Positions 9,601 to 17,586 of a stretch of 64,000 nt of DNA are shown piece by piece. The notes beneath the pieces are model-generated. The model searched no databases, was not told the DNA's origin, and saw nothing but the letters and a program-made list of their open reading frames with translations. The stretch is from Candidatus Peribacteraceae bacterium (lineage in GTDB: Bacteria; Patescibacteriota; Gracilibacteria; Peribacterales; Peribacteraceae), in contig JAQTSD010000003.1 in NCBI GenBank assembly GCA_028711445.1, positions 3,329 to 67,328 on the forward strand, read 5' to 3'. Every line of letters starts with the position of its first letter. Within the stretch, counting starts at the first letter, position 1. A program made the translations under genes and the position numbers.

Positions 9601-9907
9601 CCATCCCGGAACGGGGATTCCCCAAAGAGTTGCCCGTACGGCCGGGTACCCCCGAGACATTGGCGAACTTGCCATTCACGGAATCCTCGAAGTCCCATCC
9701 GCCACACTGCGCCTTCTTCAGGTCTTCCGGGATTTCTTGTTCAATGACAGTCTTGATGGCATCGAAGTCGCCCGGTTTTTCATTGGGGATGTTGTACGCT
9801 GCCGCCCAGACGGATTGAGTTCCGAGAGAAAACGCCGAAAAGACAATCAGCAAAGAGGGAACTCTCATAAGAGTGGCCATCCGATAGGGTGCGCTTCCCT
9901 CAAACAT
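6680..9907 (-). CDS. Large hypothetical secreted Cys-rich protein (operon gene 1 of 5)
   Basis: 1075-aa ORF. Possible starts are 9907, 9880 or 9868. A GAGGGAAG Shine-Dalgarno-like element (the last base of the first codon plus the next two codons and G of the fourth, ~9899-9906) lies ahead of the 9880 ATG. The signal peptide is MRVPSLLIVFSAFSLGTQSVWA. The first ~400 residues hold many Cys clusters (CTKC, CETCNGANC, CKDACKAAGCSANC), followed by long helical regions. Confidence 0.75.
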   Translation of the reverse strand: MFEGSAPYRMATLMRVPSLLIVFSAFSLGTQSVWAAAYNIPNEKPGDFDAIKTVIEQEIPEDLKKAQCGGWDFEDSVNGKFANVSGVPGRTGNSLGNPRSGMAARAEGSGSLMSIKDISSVCGFRSSCRPGEPSFYKYFPCQRPLGNIATPQCDDDPPNNPQPPGRGEIEFSCGGGQMPSNGSVCGSLDTTGGLCGYLNTHWIYGYYEKSETLTGGCSDALGVWHSASCSVTRYHEEPCTKCQDEIQPAYEDYILADTRECCTHQSMNGTIYGPESGAGDTSGDTVMLLKNCETCNGANCEVQEKPRKQFYPPWGNEVKACKDACKAAGCSANCISVSKGPSKRGQAYRSFYRHYTASYTRDKVKSKYVSSDDADKTDIPVSCYSLFDTDYTDFLTTKAANFNKNCVIAAYYSGDRNFWKMDKTQKGKGEYGSSHSDGPATHRTASDPDNLWDTGISNAFSLTNGEVMKDKYNDDLTLALYQPSDPVELLSLPQIDPKHMLSTGALLRAFDDTVSTDRGTKRTITEWWQQQETQMHVLLTPPVVRILLPPTWSVGLDILDPFFTPKRISPSVTDPRLEAIEVQLEARPDLLDEVKLFLKYSLLPTIEQEPLPVTVPMGSATEFRAYAEGWREWIKMQQNLGSSEDIIGAQKLVNRLEEYALAITETRKLRSELAQMLGQLFEHEKKIASQISEWLSDKVLSDFERFQGQLTTFATIRKNWEKIQDRYRQIHDEQCMPWCHSERFTVPIYSLLDPWLPNRPGLDAADLPKLSVPRLADASFDFTMLRLHTGSLKLPVLRPIQLKLKTELLLPPFPHAKNVSVPILPPLPETPSIVDDAEAFFPKIETGAPPPSITFNTIDSDELSKIQATMAKIKTSITNMGKEYNLFWKSMTIGDPEDGEPFKALTEQDCYTRHSETCVHTEFDLRERIARFGSRPAILLKEDLASLGKFRLNPGHLDTAGTAVGFGADSCAGKDWACQILNETDTFPRSGWSVSWSGIVVPPDSDFCSDPASDDPIEQARVCLLRSTACKKGSSSSAFPYEQGCNDIIPSFAVPSPSPLIPIPTDGSSSSFSGT

Positions 9908-10128
9908 CGGCGCTCAGTGTACCTTGAAGCCCGTCATAATGCGGTTCAACAGCGGTTGACTCACGAGCTCTTATGTACTCATTACTCTTCGAAAGATAGT
10001 GCGCTATAAAATATCCATTCATGCAATTTCAATCAGTTGACCCACAACCGCAAGTGGTGGACGATCGTCCACGGTTCGCCATCGGCACGCAACGATCGGA
10101 CCTCCTCTACTTCCATTCCCCCTCTTCT

Positions 10129-10986
10129 ATGTTCTCTCTCAATCGCGTGCATATCATCGGCTATCAAACACAGCCATTGCAGGTACGTACAACGCCCGGC
10201 GGAGCGAGTGTTGTCGACCTGAATCTTGTCGTACCGTACGGTTTCAAGTCTCCTCAGGGCGAGGCGCTTACAGGCAAAGGATTCCACGTCGTCACACTGT
10301 GGGGTCCCATGGCGGAAGTAGCAGGCCAATATATAAAGCCTGGATCGCAGGTGTTCGTTTCCGGCCGACTCCAGACGGATAGTTGGGAAGACGAGAAAAC
10401 CAAAGAGAAACGTAGTAAAACCAAGATCGTCGCACTCGACATGATTCTCCTCGATCCGAAGGACGGCCAACGACCGGCACCGAAGAATGCATCCTCTCTG
10501 CTCGCTCTCCTCAATCGCGCTGATGTCATCGGCAATGTGACGAAGGATCCGGAAATCCGTACGACAACGAACGGGCAGCAGGTGCTCACGCTCGGTGTGG
10601 CGACCAATGAACGATGGCGTGAGAAAGCAACGGGGGCCGATCGCGAGCGCACGGAGTTCCACAATGTCGTCATTTGGGGTGCCCTCGCGCAGGAAGTTGC
10701 CTCCGCAGTAAAGAAAGGTCAGCGCCTCCATGTCTCCGGCAGGGTGCAGACCAGAAGTTGGGAGACGCAGCAGGGTTCCAAACGCACAACTACCGAAATC
10801 ATCGCCGAGTCTGTCTCTCTGCTTGGGGTCGCCAATCCGGCGGCACTCGAATCCGTCCAGGCGGATGCCGCTCCACGTTCCCGGCAGGAAGATGAATCCG
10901 CAGTCGTGCATGATGAAGCCCCGGCAGATACTATCCCCGCCGTACAGTATGCATCGGAGATCAAGGTGGAGGATTTGCCGTTTTAA
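10129..10986 (+). CDS. ssb: Single-stranded DNA-binding protein with two tandem OB folds
   Basis: There are two SSB-like OB modules: LNRVHIIGYQTQPLQVRTT...VFVSGRLQTDSWED and LNRADVIGNVTKDPEIRTTTNGQQVLTLGVATNERW...FHNVVIWGALAQEV...LHVSGRVQTRSWE. The tail ends in the acidic tip EDLPF. I prefer the ATG at 10129 over the track start 10021. Confidence 0.85.
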   Translation: MFSLNRVHIIGYQTQPLQVRTTPGGASVVDLNLVVPYGFKSPQGEALTGKGFHVVTLWGPMAEVAGQYIKPGSQVFVSGRLQTDSWEDEKTKEKRSKTKIVALDMILLDPKDGQRPAPKNASSLLALLNRADVIGNVTKDPEIRTTTNGQQVLTLGVATNERWREKATGADRERTEFHNVVIWGALAQEVASAVKKGQRLHVSGRVQTRSWETQQGSKRTTTEIIAESVSLLGVANPAALESVQADAAPRSRQEDESAVVHDEAPADTIPAVQYASEIKVEDLPF

Positions 10987-11001
10987 AGTTCCCTCGTACT
11001 T

Positions 11002-11033
11002 CCGTAGCCGGGGTTCATGAACCCCGGCTACGG
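11002..11033. terminator. Perfect 14-bp-stem hairpin downstream of ssb
   Basis: CCGTAGCCGGGGTT-CATG-AACCCCGGCTACGG is a perfect palindrome. It starts 16 nt after the ssb stop and also lies downstream of the minus-strand murB/small-ORF unit. Confidence 0.6.
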
Positions 11034-11070
11034 AGAACAGAGATACTATAGGAGAAATGACCGCGTTCAC

Positions 11071-11262
11071 TCAGCGGGCTGAGTTCCTCTTCTCCGGAGA
11101 GATGCAGTGTTTTGTTTGTTGGAGAAACAGGTCGTGGCGGCGTTTGAGAGCTTCCTGAATAGCCTGTTGCGTGATGGGGGATGGGGTTTCTCTGTCTTTT
11201 CCCTCAGGGGGATGCCGTGAGAGCATCGATGGTTTTTCTCTCGCGTAACTCCGCATACACAT
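11071..11262 (-). CDS. Possible small basic protein (63 aa), unknown function
   Basis: The ORF fills the gap between the murB stop (11302) and the bidirectional hairpin. No family recognised. It could be noncoding. Confidence 0.25.
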   Translation of the reverse strand: MCMRSYAREKPSMLSRHPPEGKDRETPSPITQQAIQEALKRRHDLFLQQTKHCISPEKRNSAR

Positions 11263-11301
11263 GGTCTATCACGACACGGATGCCCAAGCCAATAATTCCG
11301 T

Positions 11302-12171
11302 TCATGTGAGTACTCGGCCGGTCTCGTCGATCAACCGCATCTCCAATTCCAGAGGCGCACCCGTTTTCCTGCGGATGATTTGTACGAGATTAAAGGCATC
11401 TGCGTATGTGGCGTCGCCAGTATTGACGAGGAAGTTTGCATGCTTCGGACTCGTCTCCACCCCACCCACCCGAAAACCGCGCAACTGTGCCTGATCGATG
11501 ATCTGCCATGCCGGTGTTCCGTCTGACAGAGCCTTGAAGCATGATCCCGCAGTCATCCTGAAGGGCTGCGTTCCCTGGCGTTTCGTAAGGAGAGAGCGGA
11601 TTTCTTGAGTTATCTCCTCCTGCGGGCGGGATGGAGGGGCAAGGTGCGCGCTCCAAAGAATAATGGGAGATGGACTGTACTTGAAGACACTGTCACGGTA
11701 GCTGAACGCACATTCCTCCTTCGGAAATGTGCGCCACGAACCATCGAGAAAAGCCGTGACGGATTCAACGAAGTGGCCGATCCAAAAACCTTTCGGCCCC
11801 TGACCCGCATTGCCGAAGAGAGCGCCGCCGAGTGTTCCGGGAATCCCCGTGAGCGCGGAAAGATCCAGATCGTGCTGCGCGAGAGCATTCACGATATACC
11901 CGACCGACCGACCAACTTCCACTTCCACCCGGTTGCCGTCGACGGACAGATGATCCGCCACAATGCGCACAACCAATGCGTTGATCAGAGAGTCTGCGAA
12001 GATGGTGTTCGATCCAGCGCCGAGAACGAGGAGCGGTACCTTCTTCTTCCGTGCGAATTGCCACGCTTCTTCCACATCACTCTTCGTCTTGAGCTCTGCG
12101 TAGTACCGCGCGGAGCCGCCGATATGCATCGTCGTCTTCAACTTAAGCGACTCATGTTCCTTCACGTTCAT
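11302..12171 (-). CDS. murB: UDP-N-acetylenolpyruvoylglucosamine reductase
   Basis: N-terminal MurB FAD-binding pattern (LKTTMHIGGSARYY...VPLLVLGAGSNTIFAD). Length is 289 aa. Confidence 0.85.
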   Translation of the reverse strand: MNVKEHESLKLKTTMHIGGSARYYAELKTKSDVEEAWQFARKKKVPLLVLGAGSNTIFADSLINALVVRIVADHLSVDGNRVEVEVGRSVGYIVNALAQHDLDLSALTGIPGTLGGALFGNAGQGPKGFWIGHFVESVTAFLDGSWRTFPKEECAFSYRDSVFKYSPSPIILWSAHLAPPSRPQEEITQEIRSLLTKRQGTQPFRMTAGSCFKALSDGTPAWQIIDQAQLRGFRVGGVETSPKHANFLVNTGDATYADAFNLVQIIRRKTGAPLELEMRLIDETGRVLT

Positions 12172-12179
12172 AGCAAGTC

Positions 12180-12644
12180 TTATTTTGACAGCAAATGTGC
12201 AATCTTCTCCATACTGTCAGCGACTTTTTGGCCACGCGAACCCCGATGAACGCGTGTGAGGATGCTGGCAAGCAGGGAAAGGAAAAGAAGGCCCCCTGCG
12301 ACGATAAAGAGCTCCGTCCTGCCGAGCGTTCCGTAGAACGGCTGGAGAGCAAGCTGCACGACGGCGAAGCAGAAGACGCCGAAGAGCGTACCGACGCCGA
12401 GTGTTACGAGGATCAGATGCGTGCGATTTTCCTGCGAATCCTGCGCGGCGCTGGCGATGGACGTAAGGAGCTCGCTATGGATGATGATGGGGGTCTCGCC
12501 CCACTGCTTGAAGAGCGGGAGGATCTTACGTTGGAGGATGAGCATGACGAATGTGCGGAAAGACACCGCAGTCTTGCCTTCGATCACGGCGCGGGTGTTC
12601 TCGGTTTTGAGGGTGACTTCGATATCAGGAGAGAGGAGCGTCAT
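12180..12644 (-). CDS. Hypothetical membrane protein
   Basis: 154-aa ORF with two C-terminal hydrophobic spans (LILVTLGVGTLFGVFCFAVV, LFIVAGGLLFLSLLASIL). It is tightly packed between gltX and murB. Confidence 0.55.
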   Translation of the reverse strand: MTLLSPDIEVTLKTENTRAVIEGKTAVSFRTFVMLILQRKILPLFKQWGETPIIIHSELLTSIASAAQDSQENRTHLILVTLGVGTLFGVFCFAVVQLALQPFYGTLGRTELFIVAGGLLFLSLLASILTRVHRGSRGQKVADSMEKIAHLLSK

Positions 12645-12689
12645 AGGAGGAGTGTAGGACGGGAGGCTCTGAAGCGCCAGATTGCCGAT

Positions 12690-14162
12690 TCATTGTGTTA
12701 TCAACCGCCTCGCCGCCTCCAGCCGTGCAATCGTCACGTCTTTCCCGAGCGCCGCGGCCACTTCATAAGCGCCGGGGCTGTAAGGCAGGCCCGTGAGAGC
12801 GGCTCTCAACGGCCAGAGGACCTGGCCGATCTTCCAACCGTTTCCTTCTGCGAGCTTTTTCAATGTCTCCGAGAGGACACTCTCGGTCCATTCATCCGTG
12901 AGGACACCGTCGAGCGTGTTCGAGAGCTCTTCAAGAATCTTCGGAAGGATCTCATGTGATACTTTCTGCTTGGCGTTTGCCAGTAGGTCGACGGAAGGGG
13001 TCGGCTCTTCGTAGAAGAAACTCAGGAGCGCAGGAGCCTCGGAGAAGAAGGTCACGCGTTCCTGAATGAGCCTCGTTTTCGCTGTGAAATCCTTATCCCG
13101 GGAGGCGGGAGGATATTTCTCTGCGACGACGGGGAGGACTCTCTTCGCAAACTCGGCGGCAGGGAGCCTGCGAATCCACTGTCCTTGCAGCCAATCAAGC
13201 TTTTCAGTGTCGAAGATCGCCCCCGCCTTTTGCATGCGATCAAGAGAGAATGCTTCGATGAGATCTTCAAGAGTGAAGATTTCCTGGGTCGTGCCGGGAT
13301 TCCACCCAAGCAGCGCGATGAAGTTCACAAATGCTTCCGGGAGGTAGCCTTTCTGGACGTATTCCTCGACCGAGACGGCACTCTGACGCTTGCTCAGCTT
13401 CGTGCGATCTTTATTCAGCAGGAGCGGCACGTGCGCGTAGCGCGGCGGTTTCCAGCCGAGATACTGGAAGAGGAGCAGGTGTTTCGGAGTGGAGCTCAGC
13501 CACTCCTCGCCGCGAATGACGACAGAGATGTCCATGAAGTGATCATCGACGACGTGTGCGAGGTGATACGTCGGGAAGCCGTCGCTCTTGAGGAGCACTT
13601 GGTCGTCGATCGTATGCCCTTGGAAGGACATAGGCCCGCGGATCTCGTCTTCGTAGGCGATTATTTCATTTCGGGGAACTTTCAATCGAAGCACGTGAGG
13701 TTCTCCGGAAGTGATGCGACGTTGCACCTCTTCGTCCTTCAGTTTTATACATGTACGGTCGTACATGGGGGCCTGCTTGCGTGCTTCCTGCTCCGTACGC
13801 ATCTTCTCAAGGCGCTTCGGCGAGCAAAAACAAACGTAGGCATGGCCGCTCTTCAGGAGTTCCTGGGCGTGGTGTCGATAGAGCGCGAGTCTTTCAGATT
13901 GGATGTATGGACCGCGTGTACCCTTTTGCGTGATCAGACCTTTCTCCAGCATCACTCCTTCATCTGGGTGGATACCGGCCCAGTGGAGAGCCGTAAGCAT
14001 GTTTTCGACGGCATCCGGGACGGAGCGCTCACGATCGGTATCTTCGATGCGAACGATGAATGTTCCTTTCGATTGCTTGGCAAGCAGGTAGGCAGAGAGC
14101 GCTGTGCGTAATCCCCCAACATGAAGATATCCGGTAGGCGAGGGGGCGAAACGAGTGCGCAT
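12690..14162 (-). CDS. gltX: Glutamate--tRNA ligase
   Basis: Class I signature RFAPSPTGYLHVGGLRTAL and a KLSKRQ (KMSKS-type) motif. The ATG at 14162 gives the canonical MRTRFAPSPTG N-terminus; the track's GTG at 14207 is an alternative start. Confidence 0.9.
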   Translation of the reverse strand: MRTRFAPSPTGYLHVGGLRTALSAYLLAKQSKGTFIVRIEDTDRERSVPDAVENMLTALHWAGIHPDEGVMLEKGLITQKGTRGPYIQSERLALYRHHAQELLKSGHAYVCFCSPKRLEKMRTEQEARKQAPMYDRTCIKLKDEEVQRRITSGEPHVLRLKVPRNEIIAYEDEIRGPMSFQGHTIDDQVLLKSDGFPTYHLAHVVDDHFMDISVVIRGEEWLSSTPKHLLLFQYLGWKPPRYAHVPLLLNKDRTKLSKRQSAVSVEEYVQKGYLPEAFVNFIALLGWNPGTTQEIFTLEDLIEAFSLDRMQKAGAIFDTEKLDWLQGQWIRRLPAAEFAKRVLPVVAEKYPPASRDKDFTAKTRLIQERVTFFSEAPALLSFFYEEPTPSVDLLANAKQKVSHEILPKILEELSNTLDGVLTDEWTESVLSETLKKLAEGNGWKIGQVLWPLRAALTGLPYSPGAYEVAAALGKDVTIARLEAARRLITQ

Positions 14163-14168
14163 CAAGCG

Positions 14169-14254
14169 GATGGGAAAGGCAAAAGAGAAAATGGGAAGAC
14201 TCTGCACGCATTCTACCCGCTTTTTGCATTCTGCATTTTCAATTTTCCATTCAC
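14169..14254. repeat. A/T-tract oligo-repeat region (GGAAAAT / CATTTTC family) in the gltX leader
   Basis: The plus strand reads atgggaaaggcaaaagagaaaatgggaag (14169-14198) followed by tttttgcattctgcattttcaattttccattcac (14221-14254). The same motif family occurs at 17165-17196 and 18547-18647. Confidence 0.6.
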
Positions 14255-14862
14255 TTCACTACCTCCATTGTGAATGTCACCGGCTCGAGAGGCTTGTCGG
14301 AAGGATTGCGGGGAACGGAAACAATCGCATCGACGACATCCATACCCTTCGTCACATGACCAAAAACAGTGTGATGACCCGTGAGCCACGGGGTGCCACC
14401 TTCCTTCTGGACGATGAAAAACTGACTGCCATTCGTATTCGGGCCGCTGTTTGCCATGGCGATGACTCCTCTGTCCATTGGGAGATTGTTGCCGACGATT
14501 TCATCTTCAAACTCTCCACCGAAGATACTCTCGCCACCCGTACCATTCCCGTTCGGGTCGCCGCCCTGAATCATAAAATCAGGAATCACGCGATGGAATG
14601 TCAGACCGTCGTAATAGCCAGCCTCTGAGAGCGCTACGAAGTTCGTGACGGTTTTGGGGGCGCTGTCCGCGTCGAGTTCAATCGTGATATCGCCCTCCGA
14701 TGTTTTGAGGACAACCATGTGCTTGCCGGTAAGCATTTCACCATTGAATGTCACAGAGGATTGCTGGGAACCATTGGCAGGCGGCGGAGTCGCTTGCGGA
14801 TTTTGGGGCGTGCACCCGATCAAAATAGCTAAAGCGAAAAGGGGAATGAGAAATTTGTACAT
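14251..14862 (-). CDS. Peptidyl-prolyl cis-trans isomerase, cyclophilin type, probable lipoprotein
   Basis: Cyclophilin core ([15 protein letters not shown]...[19 protein letters not shown]) with a lipobox-like LAILIGC near the N-terminus. Confidence 0.9.
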   Translation of the reverse strand: MYKFLIPLFALAILIGCTPQNPQATPPPANGSQQSSVTFNGEMLTGKHMVVLKTSEGDITIELDADSAPKTVTNFVALSEAGYYDGLTFHRVIPDFMIQGGDPNGNGTGGESIFGGEFEDEIVGNNLPMDRGVIAMANSGPNTNGSQFFIVQKEGGTPWLTGHHTVFGHVTKGMDVVDAIVSVPRNPSDKPLEPVTFTMEVVK

Positions 14863-14892
14863 AGGCGGTAGAGCGCAGACACGGTAGTGATG

Positions 14893-15945
14893 TTATTCGC
14901 CCGGCGCAAGATGGCGAGCAATGACTTTTGCGATTTGTAAAGCGGCGTCGGGATGTGAGAGTGATCGCATCTTGACTCCCATAGTCTGGCGCAACACGGA
15001 ATCCTGTGCGAGGGAACGGAGAGTTGGTAAAAGGACTTTCTCCATATCTCTTTGTTGGATGACCGTACAGCCGCCAGATCCTTCCGCCTTGAGCGCATTT
15101 GCATACTGATGATCATGTGCTGCCCCGCGAAGGGGGACAAGGACGGAGGGGATACCATTTGCACTGAGTTCCGCGATTGCACTCGCCCCTGCTCGACTGA
15201 GAGAGAATGCGGAGGCTGCATAAAGGTGACGGATTTCCTCGTGAGCGAATGCGCGTGTCCAATATCCGCTTCTCTGTCCTTGTACTCCTGCCTTGCCATG
15301 ACCTGTGAGATGGATAATGTCGCAGAATGTCAGGAGTTCATTGAAATGGGTTCGAACGAATGCATTGAGTGTTTCTGCGCCTTGGCTACCGCCCATGATG
15401 AGTAGAATCGGGCGATTGCCCGAGAGACCTGTCAGAAGCAGCCCATCGGCTCTCTTTCCTGCATCGACGCCGGGCCGTATCGGATTACCGGTGATGTGTA
15501 CCTGTGCTTTGTGCTTGGCGGCATCCGGAAAGCCGAGACAGATGTCCGTCGCCCAGTGTCCGACAAGCCAATTGGCATATCCACTTACCACATCCGACTC
15601 ATGCAGAACAATAGGGATTCCCATGCTGTGGGCGGCGAAACACACGGGGAGACTCACGTATCCCCCCTTCGAGAATATCGCTTGTGGGTGGAGGGTTTCG
15701 AGAAGCACGAGAGAGCGGCGGTACGCATGGAAGAATCTCCACGGGAAACGTAAGGAGAGGCGGGGGGCGTCGAGACAAGTGGGATGAATGCCCTCCTTCA
15801 TAAGAAAGGTTTCATCCTCCCCATTTCGAGAGCAGACGAAATGAATAGTGGACAAGGGATTCAAATTCGTCAGTGCCCGGGCTACAGCCACCGCGGGGGC
15901 GATGTGTCCGATAGAACCGCCGCCGACGAAGAGCAGCAATGCCAT
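14893..15945 (-). CDS. murG: Undecaprenyldiphospho-muramoylpentapeptide beta-N-acetylglucosaminyltransferase
   Basis: GGGSIGHIAPAVAVARAL N-terminal motif. Length is 350 aa and it directly follows ftsW. Confidence 0.85.
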   Translation of the reverse strand: MALLLFVGGGSIGHIAPAVAVARALTNLNPLSTIHFVCSRNGEDETFLMKEGIHPTCLDAPRLSLRFPWRFFHAYRRSLVLLETLHPQAIFSKGGYVSLPVCFAAHSMGIPIVLHESDVVSGYANWLVGHWATDICLGFPDAAKHKAQVHITGNPIRPGVDAGKRADGLLLTGLSGNRPILLIMGGSQGAETLNAFVRTHFNELLTFCDIIHLTGHGKAGVQGQRSGYWTRAFAHEEIRHLYAASAFSLSRAGASAIAELSANGIPSVLVPLRGAAHDHQYANALKAEGSGGCTVIQQRDMEKVLLPTLRSLAQDSVLRQTMGVKMRSLSHPDAALQIAKVIARHLAPGE

Positions 15946-17148
15946 TTACATTTGGGAAGGGCGGGCACCGAAGAAAGGGAACTTCAACTTGCTGTGTGAG
16001 CGGCGTGCAATGGCCGCTTCGTGCGTAGAGTGCATGGAAATATTGAGGAGGATCCCTACTCCTGCCAGGAGTGCGATGAGGGAGGAGCCTCCATAACTAA
16101 TGAAGGGGAGAGTAATGCCTGTCAGAGGAAAGAGGGAGAGATTTACAGCAATGTTGATAAGTGTCTGGAAGCCGATCCACGTCGTGATGCCTGTTGCTAC
16201 CATGAAACCGAAGCGATCCGGGGCCTCACGAGCGATCCGATATCCGCGGACAATAAAGATTGTGTACATCGTCAGGATGATGAGGAGCCGTAAAAATCCA
16301 AGCTCCTCCGCCATTGCAGCGAAGATCGTATCTGCCTGCACTTCAGGTAAATAGCCGAACTTCTGCACGGACTTCCCGTATCCCACTCCGAAAATTCCGC
16401 CGCTCCCCACTGCGATGAGAGCCTGTTTAATTTGGAACCCAATTGTCTCCGCGATAGCGATATTGTCAGGGCTGAAGAACGCCTGAAAGCGGTTACGGAT
16501 GTATTCTTGGCTTAAGATGATCGGAAGCCCGAGAACAGAGGCGAGTGTCGAGCCGAGTAGCACATGAAAAATGTTTCCTCCGGCGATGAAGAACATAATA
16601 ACCGCAATGGACAGCAGAACGAGGAATGAGCCGAGATCCGGCTGCAGTGCGACGAGCATGGTGCTTACCATTAAGAGGATAGCGAAGGGGACGAATCCCT
16701 CTTTGAATGTTCCGACAAGCTGCTCACGTTTTTGCAGCCACACGGCGAGATAAAAAATGAGCGCAAGCTTCATGAATTCCGATGGTTGCAAGGAAATGAA
16801 CCCGACGCGCAGCCAACTGCGTGCCGTTCCGTACTCTGCGCGCAGCCCCGGGATGAACACAGCGAGGAGCAAGAAGAATGTTGCGATGAAAACAGGGAGC
16901 GCGAGCTTCTCCCACATGTGGTAGGGAAGGATCATGGTTCCTCCCATAATCACAAAACCAAGGAGAACATGTCGGAAACTGCGCCAGAGGTAGAAGGAGT
17001 TACTCGCGCCGTCGAGTAATCCTTGTCCTGTGAGGCGCTGTGTAATTTGGTAGCTCTCGAATACGCTCACACTCGCGATCATCGCGAGTCCGAAGAGCGT
17101 GAGGGCGATGGTCACGCCGAAGAGCAGCAGATCCATCCGTCGAAGCAT
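15946..17148 (-). CDS. ftsW: FtsW/RodA/SpoVE-family peptidoglycan polymerase
   Basis: Multi-pass SEDS-like membrane protein (SLQPSEFMKLALIFYLA..., PLTGITLPFISYGGSSL). It abuts murG with no gap. Confidence 0.85.
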   Translation of the reverse strand: MLRRMDLLLFGVTIALTLFGLAMIASVSVFESYQITQRLTGQGLLDGASNSFYLWRSFRHVLLGFVIMGGTMILPYHMWEKLALPVFIATFFLLLAVFIPGLRAEYGTARSWLRVGFISLQPSEFMKLALIFYLAVWLQKREQLVGTFKEGFVPFAILLMVSTMLVALQPDLGSFLVLLSIAVIMFFIAGGNIFHVLLGSTLASVLGLPIILSQEYIRNRFQAFFSPDNIAIAETIGFQIKQALIAVGSGGIFGVGYGKSVQKFGYLPEVQADTIFAAMAEELGFLRLLIILTMYTIFIVRGYRIAREAPDRFGFMVATGITTWIGFQTLINIAVNLSLFPLTGITLPFISYGGSSLIALLAGVGILLNISMHSTHEAAIARRSHSKLKFPFFGARPSQM

Positions 17149-17164
17149 GGGCTTACGAGCTTAG

Positions 17165-17196
17165 TGGAAAATGGAAAATTGGAAATGGAAAATGGA
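17165..17196. repeat. Tandem TGGAAA(A)(T) oligo-repeat, 17-48 nt upstream of the ftsW start
   Basis: tggaaaatggaaaattggaaatggaaaatgga is about 4.5 tandem units of 6-8 nt. The ftsW coding strand reads CCATTTTCC-type pyrimidine tracts. Confidence 0.7.
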
Positions 17197-17223
17197 TCCG
17201 CACCGGTCGCCTATCTAAAGAGA

Positions 17224-17586
17224 TTACAGCACAATCGCCTGCGAATACCCATGGGGCCCCGCTATGGTAACGACCAAGGCCCGCCATTTGCGTGTTTGCA
17301 ATGCATTGATCATCAGGGTTGCATGATCCTGAGGGCTCAGGGGACTTTCTCTCAGGATTTCAGCGATAACACTTCCACTCCCGATCACGCCACGGGCAGT
17401 GTCTGTGGCAAAGCCGTTGCCCGCCCACGTTGCCTTGGCATCACTTACAATATCCAGCGGCTGTTTCCAAATTACCTGCTCCGCAGCCTCGTTATTCTCT
17501 CATACCTCTCCGGCAGGGGGCTCGAATTCAGCACTCACGTAAAAGCTGTCATCGTTCCCCTCCTGCGGCGTGCATTCTGTTGTCAT
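17224..17586 (-). pseudogene. Unannotated coding-like frame interrupted by one in-frame TGA (17500-17502)
   Basis: My hand translation gives MTTECTPQEGNDDSFYVSAEFEPPAGEV-TGA-ENNEAAEQVIWKQPLDIVSDAKATWAGNGFATDTARGVIGSGSVIAEILRESPLSPQDHATLMINALQTRKWRALVVTIAGPHGYSQAIVL-TAA. It occupies an otherwise empty 513-nt gap and is in the same frame as the upstream GT2 gene. Confidence 0.35.

Noticed and set aside
10021-10128. The N-terminal 36-codon extension of the ssb ORF in the track.
   Set aside because: The SSB OB fold begins right at the internal Met (MFSLNRVHIIGY...). The extension has no SSB counterpart. I kept it only as an alternative start.
10033-11070. A 345-aa minus-strand ORF opposite ssb. 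Similar long shadow ORFs lie opposite gltX (13185-14111), the permeases (28997-29635, 29752-30771), the 35281 gene (35160-35900, 35371-36033) and the GT4 genes (49955-50740, 51274-52191).
   Set aside because: Each overlaps a gene with clear family motifs on the other strand and has no motifs of its own. Compositions are Arg/His/Cys-rich, as in antisense frames.
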